Numbered from the whole stretch's first letter, positions 38,144 through 50,619 are shown. The stretch is 63,990 nucleotides of DNA, filler included, from Perkinsus olseni (GCA_013115125.1; 3 parts of 3 records of this genome joined end to end with filler, not necessarily neighbours in it), one strand, 5' to 3'. Numbers and translations: made by a program. Notes: generated by a model from the letters alone, not told the origin.

Positions 38144-39431
38144 GCAGAAAGTAAATAACAGAAATCTGAGAGTATCCAAGGCTGACCATGGTCTTGCACA
38201 ATTCCTCCCCCCGCAAGATCCACACGCCCTGAACTACCAAACGAAGAGCAAAGACTCAGTAATAACAGAAACTCGGCAGGTTACGTCGCATCATGCTCTC
38301 ATTCATCCTCACCCTTCCCAAGTGGTCTCTCCCTCAGTAGTTTCGTTTGACGAGATTCGACCGGAGCGGTAGACAGATATCCCTACCACCCCATCGCAAG
38401 GGACCCTTCCATATACCAACTTTTCCAGACCTCGCCGATCATAAACTATCATCGTATTGTAGCCTACGATCAATAGACATCGCTGTCTTGAGATAGACCC
38501 TCCTAGTCCCTTCCCAACCTGAGGGAAACCCTCGGTACTTAAACCCACGCAGGTTCTATCCCCACGAAATCTTCTAATGTAGCGAATTGAACTTGATCTG
38601 CCGTGAGGAGTATAAGATCATTGCTCAGCCTTCCAGTCTGGAAGGCCAACCCTGAGGGTTATCGAGTCACCCCCTTGGCCACTACCATTCGCATGAGGTC
38701 AACGAACCTCAACTAGCCACTCGATACGGAGCTATTGAGTGCGCTTTTCTCTGTCCTGTTCGGTACTTGTCAGTTTCAGATCAGCAACCAGGTAGCGTCC
38801 CGAGCTCGCCATCCAACTAGTAGTTGGTACCCACCGTTGTTCCCCGACGTCTGGGTTAAACCCGTGATCTCACATATCCTACCTCCACATCCAGGACAGA
38901 TCTCTCGGTCGCTATCACCCCACCCATCAGTTAGGTCTTCGGCAGAGTCACAGTACTCCACCAGCACGTGAAAGTCTACTCCAGCCCTTCATGCGGGAGT
39001 TTCTGCGGTGTTTTGGTGGCGCGTCATTCCCCCAGCGCCCAACCGTCCACGGTAAATCGCTACGTATCTCTCACCCAAGTCCATCGTGAGAATTCTACCA
39101 CACAGTTTTCCGCGGCTCCAGCACCACTCTGAGCACTCGAACCCCCTAGCATACCCTAGTCGTCCTGTAGACGACAATGAACAGTCCTTGCACCCGATAG
39201 CTGTTCGGCTGTTCAGGAGCTCGTGACGCCCCAGCAGGTGGCTCCAACTTGGTGGCGCCAGGCTGATCGATACTGCACGTCACGCCGTGACGTGACCCCC
39301 CTGGCGTGACAACGAAGCCACCTCAAGAAGCAAGAAGATCCTGTTCCTGTGACTTGTCCAGGAGTAGCGTCTCGCTGAGGCTTGATAACCACCGTTCCCT
39401 TGCTGCAGTTTGCAGTGGATTCTCGAACCTC

Positions 39432-40440
39432 ATGGTTTCTCACATCTTCCTGGCTACCCTTTCGAATCTCGTGCTCGGTGGTGCCGCTCGGCACTTGAGC
39501 AATTCCCCTCCCGTAAGTTAGGCTATTTCGACTCGTCATCCACGGCATTGGGTTAAGATCGCTCATTATCGGCATTCCTCCGCTACCTTTTACTTGGCGA
39601 TCTCACTAGAACCGCCCCTACTGATGTTCTATGGTCTTTCAGACGAGCTGCCAGGACATCCTCCCCGGATCCTATTGCAAGCCCGACTCACAGTTCCCGG
39701 AGACTGCTATCTGCCAATTCTTGTAAGTGTGCAGCCATCCGTGAGGTCTCATTTTTCAACTATACGCCCCCCCCCTCAGATACTATAGACATGGTCCCTC
39801 CCGCCCTCATGACATTTGCGTCCACGGGGTAGACTCGGACTGCCAGGAGCACTTCCCTGTACCCTGCCCAGGAGGCAAGACGACAGTTCATCCTACCCAA
39901 CCTCCTTGCCCTACCACTACCCCGTGTCCGACGCAGCCCCCTTGCCCTACGACTACTACCACAACCACTACGACTACCACGACGTCATCGAAGTATCCCC
40001 CGTGCCCAACGACAACCCCGTGTCCGACACAGCCGCCGTGCCCCACGACAACCCCGTGTCCAACACAGCCGCCGTGCCCCACGACGACCCCGTGTCCGAC
40101 ACAGCCGCCGTGCCCCTCGACTACCACCAAACCCACCACGATTACTTCCACCACAACAACGACGACGACGACTACGACTACCACGACTACTACGCCCACA
40201 ACTACGACAACTAAGACCACTACGACGTCATCGACATATCCCCCGTGCCCCACGACTACCCCGTGTCCGACACAGCCGCCGTGCCCCTCGACTACCACAA
40301 AACCCATCACGACTACTACCACTACCACTACTACGACAACGACCACTACGACGTCATCCACCTATCCCCCGTGCCCTACGAATACCCCGTGTCCGACACA
40401 GCCACCTTGCCCTACGACTACCCCGTGTCCGACCTGGTAG
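39432..40440 (+). CDS. Secreted mucin-like Thr/Pro/Cys-rich protein with N-terminal Cys domain (start tentative)
   Basis: Spliced frame TSCQDILPGSYCKPDSQFPETAICQFL|YYRHGPSRPHDICVHGVDSDCQEHFPVPCPGG is followed by (TTTPCPTQPPCP)n and poly-Thr runs to TAG at 40438. An upstream hydrophobic exon reads MVSHIFLATLSNLVLGG. Confidence 0.7.
39895..40433 (+). repeat. Coding minisatellite: 36-bp units (ACGACAACCCCGTGTCCGACACAGCCGCCGTGCCCC) interleaved with (ACN)n Thr tracts
   Basis: Directly visible tandem repeats with synonymous third-position variation. Confidence 0.9.
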
Positions 40441-41249
40441 CCATTTCCAAAGATCGGCAACTTACAACTGACGACGACTACATTTTTCTCAAGAGTCGCA
40501 TCTCCTTACGTTCTCCACTTAGAGTACACTGTGCTTCGGTAGTCATAACCCGGCCTTTCTGAATGTATGTCGTCTAAGAAGGAGAGCGTCAGTTTGTTCT
40601 CAGAGTAGTTCTTATCGCTCAACCTTAGGAGGAGTATCACAGATCGACATGTACCTTGGAGCACGCGTTGGTTGCAAAAACTTCCCACCAATATCGGCCC
40701 ATTTTCTCTACTAAATACTGACGGTTTGCGTTGTAATCTGGCTCCGTTACTTAAAGATCGAAAAGGACTCCCCTTGGCAATGTCGTAGATAGTGACCTAT
40801 AGAAGCCTTTCGGCGAAGAATAGACGGTGCTGGGGTTCGAACCGGGGACCTCATGGTCGGAACTCGATGTTGAGTGAGTTCGCGGACAGAAGACAGGCCT
40901 TCAGTGGACACATAGCTTGTCAACGGGAAATTTGGAGGAGCGAGCCTCAGGGGACCACTACGTGCCTTGTGTAGCAGTTCGTCTGGAGTATTCTCGCTGG
41001 CCCTCTAAAATCCGAGGGGTAGTGTTTACGTGCAAGAGAGTGGCTGGACACCGCGAGAAAAACGACCAGCGCTCTAGACAGGTGTTTGGCACCCTAGCCT
41101 CGCATGATCCATAGATCTCGGGGTCTCTTCAGACCCCGCCCCACTAGATAAGAGCATGGTTCCCGAACGGCTTAACCAGTCGCTCTGGTCCAGTCGTTTA
41201 AGAATTGACACGTACGCGGTTCAATCCGCGGTACGGGCGCTCCAGAGGA

Positions 41250-41835
41250 TGTACCCCCGCCAGCTCTTCGAACTTTCCCGTACCATACTTCGAAAGGGGA
41301 AAGGACGACTACTAGGATGCCCTATAGATACAGCAGGCTACAAGCAAACGCCAATCCTCGTACACATAGACGCGAAACATACTCAGAGATGATCTACTTA
41401 CCCTGACACCTGGGGTGATGGGCAGGCCGGGAAGTTGCGTCCGAAGTGATCCCACTGACGACTAGCGGCCAACCTGAGGCTTCCATTCGACGTTGAGGGG
41501 CCTTGTTAGGAAACCTGGCAGAGGAGGTGGAAGAGAGCAAACGGTTATTGACACCCAGAACAATCGCATGCTACGCCCGAGGTTGTCCAAAGAAGCAGGA
41601 GCATTCTCACTGCTACTGACCCTCCCTAAGGCTCACGATCAAGTGATAATGATGATGATGATGATGATAATGATGATGACGGCCCTTGAGCTTACCCGAC
41701 TACCCTTCCCTACTGTGCCGGTGAGTCTCCTTATCATGGGTATCGCCATGGCTTTGATCTCCTCCAGTTTATTCCCAGCCTCCTTTTCACCATCTAATTG
41801 CCCACCATTCAACTGAGGGGAACCTGTCGACTCCA
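41250..41835 (-). pseudogene. Decayed duplicate of the PRA1 gene
   Basis: About 41700-42010 is near-identical to about 38005-38320 (exon 1 and upstream). About 41260-41560 is a degraded, partly deleted copy of PRA1 3' exons (shared CAGCTCTTCGAACTTTCCCG) with stops. Confidence 0.7.
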
Positions 41836-42209
41836 TGCAGAAAGTAAATAACAGAAATCTGAGAGTATCCAAGGCTGACCATGGTCTTGCACAATTCCTC
41901 CCCCCGCAAGATCCACACGCCCTGAACTACCAAACGAAGAGCAAAGACTCAGTAATAACAGAAACTCGGCAGGTTACGTCGCATCATGCTCTCATTCATC
42001 CTCAGCCTTCTCAAGCGGCTTCTTCGGGAAATGCTCCCTCATGTAGTGTTGGAACATCCTTTGCCGAGCATCATGCAGCATCAGCAGTCGTGGTCTGTTA
42101 GAATCGATAAAATCAGTCTAGTACCACATTTCCCCTACCTCGACTGAAGCTCTATCAGTTGCGCATCGATCTTTGCCCACCGACTTGCGGTATCCTTAGT
42201 GATCTTGAT

Positions 42210-43530
42210 TCAGGGGATCCGACTTGAGCGGCAGACAGAAATCCTCACCTCTCCTTTATATACCAACTTTTCCAAACCTCGTCTGTAGCACATCTTTATC
42301 GTATCATAGGCGTTGGCCTCCTGAGACAGCCGCTCCTTCTTCTTCCCTGAAGAAAACCCGCAGCACTGATGCAGTAAAAGCCGCCCCCACGTACTCAGCC
42401 TGGATGCTCTCTCCTTCGTCCACTGCGAAAAATCTACCTCCCAGTGGTTCTTCGGTTTTGGCATGACCTTGAGCCCCCTTACGACCTGTCATTACTCAAC
42501 ACCACCGGCGCACAGCAAGGGACATTACCTGCCGCCGATAGCTGCCCAGACTCCTAGGGAGCTCGATGCAAGGTGCAGAGAGCATGAATGAAGCTGGAGA
42601 AGTCGCAGGTTCGAACCCCACAGCCTGCATTTTTCCACTGAAACTCAAAGGCAAGCACTAATGAACACCAGAGGTTGGTGCAAGCATGTGAGAACAGATG
42701 GCAACTATAATCATGCCAGAAAAAAATTGTTTCAAGATAGAGTGACAACTTGACGAAAGCAAAACGTTCAATCGCATCAGACCACACTGCAAATTTACAT
42801 GACCTAATGAATGTCCGAGCCAGGATTCGAACCGGGGACTTCTTCCTACCTGACAACTCCCTCGTCCGGCCCTTGGTCTGCGCTTCCCGGTGTGTTTCTT
42901 CAACAACTTCTCTCGAAGTTCTTCCAGAGACTTGACTATCTGGAAGGTCACTGAATGTACAGGCCTCGATCCTCAACGAGCCCACTTACCTCTGCGAAAG
43001 AAAGCCGGTCGCCACATTCCGCACTCCAGCATTGCGTCAGCATCGCAATCAAAGAGGCTGGAACGTCGGGTGGTATCTTCCCCAGTTCATGCATCCCGAG
43101 GTTCCAGGATCAACCCGACCACCTTACATCGTATAGGTCCGGTCGTTCACCGCTCAAAATCTTCATCGTCACTTTAATCGGATTGAGCTCCCTGAAGCAC
43201 CGCCAACCAATCGCGAAAATGGCTCAAAAGTACTAAATAAAAACCCGCTTCGCTCCGCTGTAGTACCGGAATGGAGGCATTGCTGATAGTATCTCGTAGC
43301 AAACAATCGCGTAGCTGTAGATGTCGGCCCTTTCATCGTAGTGTGTTGAGTCAAGAACCTCAGGTGCCATCCACCATATTGTGCCGACCTGAAACAAGAA
43401 TGGGTAATCGAGAGGCCCCCGGGTCGAATCCCCCACCCACTACTTTTCTTGTCATACTCTCATCCCTTTCTGCCTTCGCCCTGGCAAGTCCAAAATCAGT
43501 TACTTTCACCACAGGCTCGTCCGAAGGCCC
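42210..43530 (-). CDS. Protein kinase (TKL-like), C-terminal part; 5' part lost in the gap; 3' end approximate
   Basis: VKVTDFGLAR, VGTIWWMAPEVL, ADIYSYAIVCYEI, GERPDL and MLTQCWSAECGDRLSF. Confidence 0.88.
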
Positions 43531-43559
43531 CTAAAAGCCCCAATAAGAACCACCGTCAT

Positions 43560-43560
43560 C

Positions 43561-43628
<68 letters not shown>
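43560..43628. repeat. (CAA)23 microsatellite, intronic, truncated by the gap
   Basis: Perfect trinucleotide run directly upstream of the kinase acceptor site. Confidence 0.95.
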
Positions 43629-43728
43629 NNNNNNNNNNNNNNNNNNNNNNNNNNNNNNNNNNNNNNNNNNNNTTAATTAATTAANNNNNNNNNNNNNNNN
43701 NNNNNNNNNNNNNNNNNNNNNNNNNNNN
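43629..43728. other. Assembly gap with artificial six-frame-stop linker
   Basis: N44 + TTAATTAATTAA + N44. Confidence 0.97.
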
Positions 43729-44347
43729 GCCAACGTTGTCAACATTAGCTGCGTTCGGAATTTGGACAACGTTGACGATGTTGACGAAATTAGGAGCCCC
43801 GCGTTTGTTTCACGATTTTCGTGCTAAACTGAATCAGTTTAACTGATGAAGCTGCTATTGGTAATCGTCGTGATTTTTTCGGTGTTGAGACACCAAGTTG
43901 ACGGGGCAGGTCATCTATCCGGACAGGTGAGGTGTGCTCGGCCGTTGTCCGGTGTTGATGCTGTTGTTGTTAGAGAAGCGCGAGCGAGAATTCCGACGGG
44001 CCGGAGTCTCCGGAGCCCACCAGACCAAGCATTCTGAGAAGTCCCACGAGAAAAACTTCCTCTCGGAGGAGGAGGAGGGGAAGGAGAGTTAGGTTTGAGA
44101 ATAAACAGGATAAACGGGGATCGACTTGCCAGGACTGCCCGGATTCCCCTGGTGGTTACCCGACTAACGATGATGATGATTTCTACGACGACCCGAGGAT
44201 GTCCCTGTCCATCGATCAGCCTGATGGGTATCCTATTGATGAGCTCGTAGGCCTCAGTGTGAATTAGTATTGATGTTAATGTCATGGTTGTTGGTGTGGT
44301 TTGGGGATGTTGAGTTGTAGTGACATAATTCCCAAGGGTGAACGCAT

Positions 44348-44410
44348 GAGTAGTTCAGTAGGGTGAAGAGATGGTATATCACGCGTAAGGTCCTGGGTTC
44401 GATCCGTGCT
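44348..44410 (+). repeat. tRNA-derived element (A box + B box), intergenic
   Basis: TAGTTCAGTAGG...AAGGTCCTGGGTTCGATCC, with no intact cloverleaf, about 20 bp upstream of the ATG at 44427. Confidence 0.6.
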
Positions 44411-44426
44411 AGGTTAGCGGTGCCCT

Positions 44427-45806
44427 ATGTTCTCTCCGGCGGCGATTATTCGTCTCATCCTAGCCGTCTCCATCCTTCCATCTGCCGCTGCTGCTGGGGA
44501 TGTCGCCGTTCTTGAGAAGTGCGCGGTCGACAGCGGTACCGGAGTGACGGCAGTCCAGTGGAAAAGTGGCAGCAAAACTGGTGATACGGGGAGGAGAGAG
44601 AGAATGCTTTTACTCGCTCCATCAGGAACGGTTAGCAAGGATGCAGCGATTTCGGATAACGGCCATCCGTCGGTCTCTTGCGACCTCAGTACTGCTGAGT
44701 TCTATCCAGCTCAAGTAGCATTGATGGTGAAATTCAGAGAGGGTAAGTGTTTGACATCTTCTCCATCGTCGTCGTTTGTGAAGTTTTCTGATTGGCTTTT
44801 TCGCAGGCGAAGATATCGTTGGCGCGCCGGATGTGCAGGTCATCGAGATGACACGTGAGGGGGTGGAGGAGGAGTTGGGGAAGTTATGGTACTGATGCAG
44901 GCACAAGCGGCTCGTCCAGGACTTACACCGCTGATATCCCCGTTGCTGGCGCTGGTGCGATGACGCCAAGGGATGGGAAGTCCGACGGATTTGGACTTGG
45001 CGGAAAATTCACGGTTGGGGGTTTCAGATACGACTTGTCGATTTTGGTCGGCGATCACAGGATGCCGAAAGGCTTACAGCAAAATATAGGAACGGTTCCC
45101 TTCGTGTTCCATCAGGTAGGTGATTTGGGGAAGGTGTGGTATGCATATTTCCGGGGTATCATTCAGGCGGCAAAAGAAGCGCTGAGCAAGAGCGGCATAC
45201 CGGAGAGTAGTGACTCTCATGCGGCGACGAAATTTGCAGGTGACTGAGTCTGGATGACATGACTAAGTCGATTGATTTTGTCTTGCCTTCCTCAGGACGG
45301 TATCTTCCTCTGCCATTGATTGCTCACACCTTCAAGCCACCTCAGAAGACCCCACCTGTCGCAATCACTGCGGTGTTTGTGGTGAGATTCACAGCTAGAG
45401 GTGTCAGTAAAATTTCGGCGCGTTTTCTCAGGCTCTGACTACTGTGATTCCGCTGTTGGCCTTCCTGCGCGGTTTGGGTTTGCTGAAGGCCAACACGAAA
45501 TTGTGGAAAATCGACTTGCACGGGGTAGGTCAATGAAGATGCGTCGAAGGTATCTTAGGTTGATCCGTGCATCAGATGGTATTCTTCGGAACCCTGGCTG
45601 CGTACTTGGCCGTGTTGGGGATGTTTTTCCTGTTTTTGAATCTCGTGCAGACGATGATGCTGTGCTTACTTCTACTGCCGGTGGCAGTCATATCAGGGAA
45701 CAAGGTGAACAGCACGCACGCAAATTCCCATACCAACTTTTTCGCAACTCACGATTAGGTGCTGTGCCAGAGTAGAGCTGACATGCTGGGAGGGGCGGCC
45801 AACTGA
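44427..45806 (+). CDS. Hypothetical signal-peptide protein with C-terminal transmembrane segment(s), multi-exon
   Basis: Signal peptide MFSPAAIIRLILAVSILPSAAA, GT-AG introns, and hydrophobic FFGTLAAYLAVLGMFFLFLNLVQTMMLCLLLLPVAVI. Confidence 0.6.
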
Positions 45807-46728
45807 TAAACGATGACGACTGAAGGAGGGAAGGCTTCGTTTTTACAGCTGATATCTTTTTTCTGCGATTATTATGTTATTGAGTTAAAAAGCAGTGTCT
45901 GGGGATAGAACCCGGGACCTTTTGCTACAAAGTGGGCTGTTTGAGGAAGTGCAAGATTCGCAAGATTGCAAGTTTAGTCTTCTCGCGCTATCAAGAACGG
46001 AAGCGTAGGGTAATTCTTAAATACAAGGGAGATGGCCGATTTCCAAGGAAGCATCTTCTGGGAGCTGGTTGCCCTTTCGGGTTTTGGGAGGAGTTTCGGG
46101 TTTCCCGTCCCTGCCCCCCCGTAATCCAGAGGTTATCTTCTGTTGCCTTTGCCTGACTGTCGTGCGCGGTTTACTTGGACTTGAGTCTTCACCCGTGAAT
46201 CTCGAAAGTCTCGAGCGAAAATAAACGCGAAGGCGTTCGAGAGAGACCCTGGCTGCATGATCGGGATGATGGTAGTTGAAAGTGAAGGAGAGAAATCGAC
46301 CCGAAAATTTCGGGGGACTTTTTTCGATTGCTATTCATTTCGGGCAGAAATGGCTAGCAATCGAAAAAAGCGAATCTTGTTGTTATGATGAGACAGGCGT
46401 TAGAGGTGTGCGAGAGAATCTTGAGGTCAAGATGGAGAACATAAGTCGACGCGAGGAAGATATCTTACGCTTAATGTGATAGAGCGGATGCTGAAGGGAG
46501 CTGTAGAGGGATTGTGTCGAAGGAGACATCGTTAGGCTTTGGCACCACTACTAGCGGTCTGCATAAAGATTCTCCTAGCGCACTGCATAGAATTTCGCAC
46601 AGTGTATTTCAAAGCGTTGAGGACTACGATCGTCGGCTGTAGTGATGGGATAGTTATCGGGGAGAGGGAATTGAACCAGGGTGTATCGGTTGTTAGTTTG
46701 ATTAAGTTACACTACCTCCCTCATTGAG

Positions 46729-48123
46729 ATGCTTTCCCGCTCTACCGCTCGTTGTGCCCCCGCCGCCCTCGCAGGCATTCGTCAGCGTGCCATGCAGACT
46801 GGCCTTAAGAGTAGTGCATCGACTTAGTAGTATCACCATCTTCACTTTGACTTCCTTTCAGAGTTCATCGCCTTCCCCGAGGTCACCGATGAGCGTGTGA
46901 TTCCCGCTGTCGCCAAGGTTCTCAAGGAGAAGATTGCCCAACCTGTAAGAATACGGGCGCGTTTCCTGTTCAAAATAAGAGGTTATTTTTGACAGGTCTT
47001 GGTGGGTGATCGCGAGGCGGCTTACAAGTGCGCCAAGGCTAACGGCGTCTCCCTTGAGGGTGTGAGGATCATCGATCCCTCTCTTCATCCCGAGGTCGTC
47101 GAGCAGACCGCTACTGTCTTGTAAGTTGGCGGAAATGTGGTATCATGAAGTGATGGGTGTGGTGACAGGTTCCAGAAGCGCCAGAAGAAGGGCATGACCC
47201 TCGACGCCGCCCTCGACACGGTTAAGAACTCTCCCTTGATGATGGCCGACTTGATGTTGACCACTGGTCACGTCCAGGGGGTAACTCGGGGCGTTTCGGA
47301 AGCCTTTTGAAAGATATAATTCTTTGTTCTCTTTTCAGTGCGTCGCTGGCGCCGCTCATACTTCTGCTGATGTTGCCCGATCCGCCTTGCAGACTGTTGG
47401 CGTAAGTTTCATCGCACGCCACGTATCTTAACTTGATGCATGCATTCCGTACATTGGAAAGATATTTTCTCTCAGGTCAAGAAGGGCCTCAAGACTGCCT
47501 CTTCATTCTTCGTCATCGCCAAGGACGACATCACCTATCTCTTCGCTGACTGCGGTTTCTGCATCGCCCCTTCGATCGCGCAGCTCGCTGAGATCGCCAT
47601 CACGACCGCCCAGACCTGCGAGGACGTCTTGGCCACCACTCCCCGCGTTGCCATGCTCAGCTTCTCTACCTTCGGCAGTGCCAAGCACGAGTATGTGACC
47701 AGAGTCCAGGAGGCTCTCGCCCTCGCCCGCAAGGAGAAGCCCGATCTCGCCATCGACGGTGAGATGCAGGTCGATGCTGCCATCGTAAGTTCCCCCCTAC
47801 CGCGTCGTTTTATCGGTATAAATTTCCTTGTACAGGTCCCCGAGGTCGCCGCCAAGAAGGCCCCCGCCTCCAAGGTCGCTGGCCAGGCCAACGTTCTCAT
47901 CTTCCCCGACTTGAACGCCGGCAACATCGCCTACAAGATCGCTGAGCGTTTCGGCGGCTTCCAGGCTGTCGGCCCTATCTTCCAGGGTCTCGCCTACCCC
48001 ACCAACGATCTCTCTCGAGGCTGCCATGATGAGGATGTCGTTGACGCGGCCGCGGTGACTGTCCTTCAGGGCGCTAGCATCCCGATTCCCACCGGCCCCG
48101 CCCCTGGCGATGTTCTTAACTAA
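46729..48123 (+). CDS. pta: Phosphate acetyltransferase (phosphotransacetylase) with putative mitochondrial presequence, six introns
   Basis: IAFPE...DERV, FADCG, PRVAMLSFST.GSA, IDGEMQVDAAI, ANVLIFPDLNAGNIAYK, GPIFQGL..PTNDLSRGC. The N-terminus is MLSRSTARCAPAALAGIRQRA. Confidence 0.96.
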
Positions 48124-50343
48124 ATGTTTAGGATAGTTGCTGTAGCATAGTTGATTATTCGCGCATTTACAGTAACCAAGTGTGAGTCTCTTTATACGAG
48201 ATGTTCTTCATTTGCATGATTGTTGTGTTTTATTAGTACGCAAGTCCACCGCTGTTAATTGCCTCGATAGGAGGATATACACGAGGATGAATTACTGCTT
48301 GGGACGGGGTCTGATCCGACCAGGTGGAGGATCTCTAATGGCAACCTGAAAAGAAGAACTGCGTACACGTAAAGCGTCATGTTAATGGAGCATTAAGCGC
48401 TGATAAATATGGGCTAGTGAGAGTCCTCATAGTGGTTCTATGAGCTTTCCCCGACGCCCAAACAATCCTTTAATATTGCAACATTGCGACATAACATGGA
48501 TGAATGCAAACTGGAAGACCGGCACCCAATGGTGTGCCGTCTTTTGGTTTTCAACAGTCGATCTCCTGTAAATCACATGTACTTGAAGTTTTTGAGTTAG
48601 CTATCATTAAACCTACGTCGGTTTCTGGGAGATTTCCACGTCCCAGCCACCTCCGTCCAGTAGAATGAGTCCCCAAAGATTTTGCCGCCCGAGGCTTTTG
48701 TCGATTGGATGATCCTTCATCAGAGCCAACTTATCGTTCGTGACCTACACAACGGACTTGGATATTGAACACTGGATGGTGCAACGATAAAACCGTCTGC
48801 TGCACTATATTATGCGATCCGTGCCGGAAGTCAAGGAAATGAGAACAGCGGTGAAAGTCTGAGGCGGCAACGCCGCGGCGTTGAGTTATAATTTTACACA
48901 AACATGTACGAAATAACTGTCAGATTGCATTGCATATCAACGCTACAGAGAGTCCCCAACTGAGCATATCGGAAAGAGTCTAACTGAGCCGGCGTTGGAC
49001 TATAAAGTCACCCACACGCTAGGGAATTCGGCAGATCCACGGGCGCCCAGGAAGCCTGTGGCTCACTATGCTGATGGTCTGCGTCTCCTTGTGATGATGG
49101 TCATCGACGATTATTGTTATCTTGTCGGCCTTCGCAACCATCCTCTCCGTTGATGCCCCTTCCTGAATCGAAAAAATGAGCTCTTAGTGAATCCAACCTC
49201 GAAATCCCTCGATGATTCTTTCATATAGTTTGCGCTCCCAGGCGAATGATTAAACTCCCCTCATTTGATAAAGGGAGTTTAAGCGCTTGAACTAAGTCAC
49301 TCCACCAAGTCTCAATGAAAAGGCGTCTTAATGAACCTCAGTCGGTCCACATGCATGAGGGAAATCATGCCGAGTCCCTCGAAAGGCACCCGTAGGTGAA
49401 GTGGACCTCAAACGGCTTGTTATCAGGAACAATGCTGACCAAAGCATGGCTTTTTCTCGACGGAAAAAAGCGAATTCTGAACCGCCCAGATGCACCGGTT
49501 TGAGTGGAAATATGAGGCTGGCTGGAGGTGGGACAGTGTGAGGATGAAACTCCTGCACATCTTCCGGACTCGTTCCTGAGGCAAGGTGAATCCTTTCGGA
49601 TGAATCTTAAGGGGCTACCTGTGACGCCGATCGCAGCGGAAACCGAAGGCAAGTCGTGCAGGGTGACGCTCCAATGACGATATCCGCCAGATGCATACCT
49701 AATCTTCAACACTTATCGCTATTATCACTCCAGTCAATCACGCCATGAATCATGGCCCATGATGCGTGAGAAAGTTACATAATAAATCCACTGGGAGCCC
49801 TCGTTGAGAAATTCTGAGCTCGACTTTCGTGTTGACTTCTCACTCATGAAAACTAAATTGCCACATCTCCGAATCATTTAGCCTTCTAGATCCCATACGA
49901 GATCTTCCACGCATTCCGATTGCTCAATGAGATCCACTGATGAGCACTTCCTCAAAATGGAGCGCTAGAGTCCTTTCTACAAGTGTTCAAGGCATCGTTG
50001 TACTCACAGTGGTCTGGACGTCATGAGCATCGATGTGGCGTTGGACTCGTTCTCTCGCCACTTCGCCCTGTTGCGATTCGTAGACAGCTCTCCCGCTGCT
50101 GTATCTGCATTGACTCCGATCGCGGTGATCAGCCCGACTGGTGAGGTACGCCTATCGAAGGTCATTGGTCTGCTATTGGACAAAGCTTCGGGTATGGAGA
50201 TGTGCGGCACTTCGCTCCCTCGGCGAGATTCTCGGGTCCCTCGATGAACACTGGCCTCATTTTGGAACCAGCTTTGAAGCGGCAACGCTCGTTGATGTTG
50301 GTCGTCAAGAGCTAGTCTTAGTGGGGAGAGCATGGGGGTCACT

Positions 50344-50619
50344 TAGAGCTGGACAACCGTACTGGGGTCGAGGAAAGTACGGTACGGAGTACGTTCCAAA
50401 CTGTTAACTTAGTACGGGTACGGAGAATCAGCACGTATTAACTATATTAAACAACGCATACGTGTATTAAATTACGCCGTACTTGAAGTACGGCGTACTA
50501 GTACGGTACTTGGGAACCGCTGCGACGAGTAGTACGGGTACGGAGACGTACTCGTTGCCGTTCCGTACCGTACTCCGTACCAGACTATACCCGTACTGTC
50601 GCCCGTACGCCCACTTCTA
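50344..50619. mobile_element. Non-autonomous hAT-type MITE (276 bp)
   Basis: 8-bp direct repeat GGGTCACT at 50336-50343 and 50620-50627. Imperfect TIRs TAGAGCTGGAC / TAGAAGTGGGC, with many inverted subterminal GTACG(G) repeats. Confidence 0.85.

Noticed and set aside
39816-40562. His/Asp/Tyr-rich and poly-Val ORFs; CRISPR-like periodic 36-bp repeats
   Set aside because: These are shadow frames of the Thr/Pro/Cys coding repeat. There are no unique spacers or cas genes, and the context is eukaryotic.
43449-43676. Poly-Gln ORF
   Set aside because: It arises from an intronic (CAA)n microsatellite antisense to the kinase and runs into the gap.
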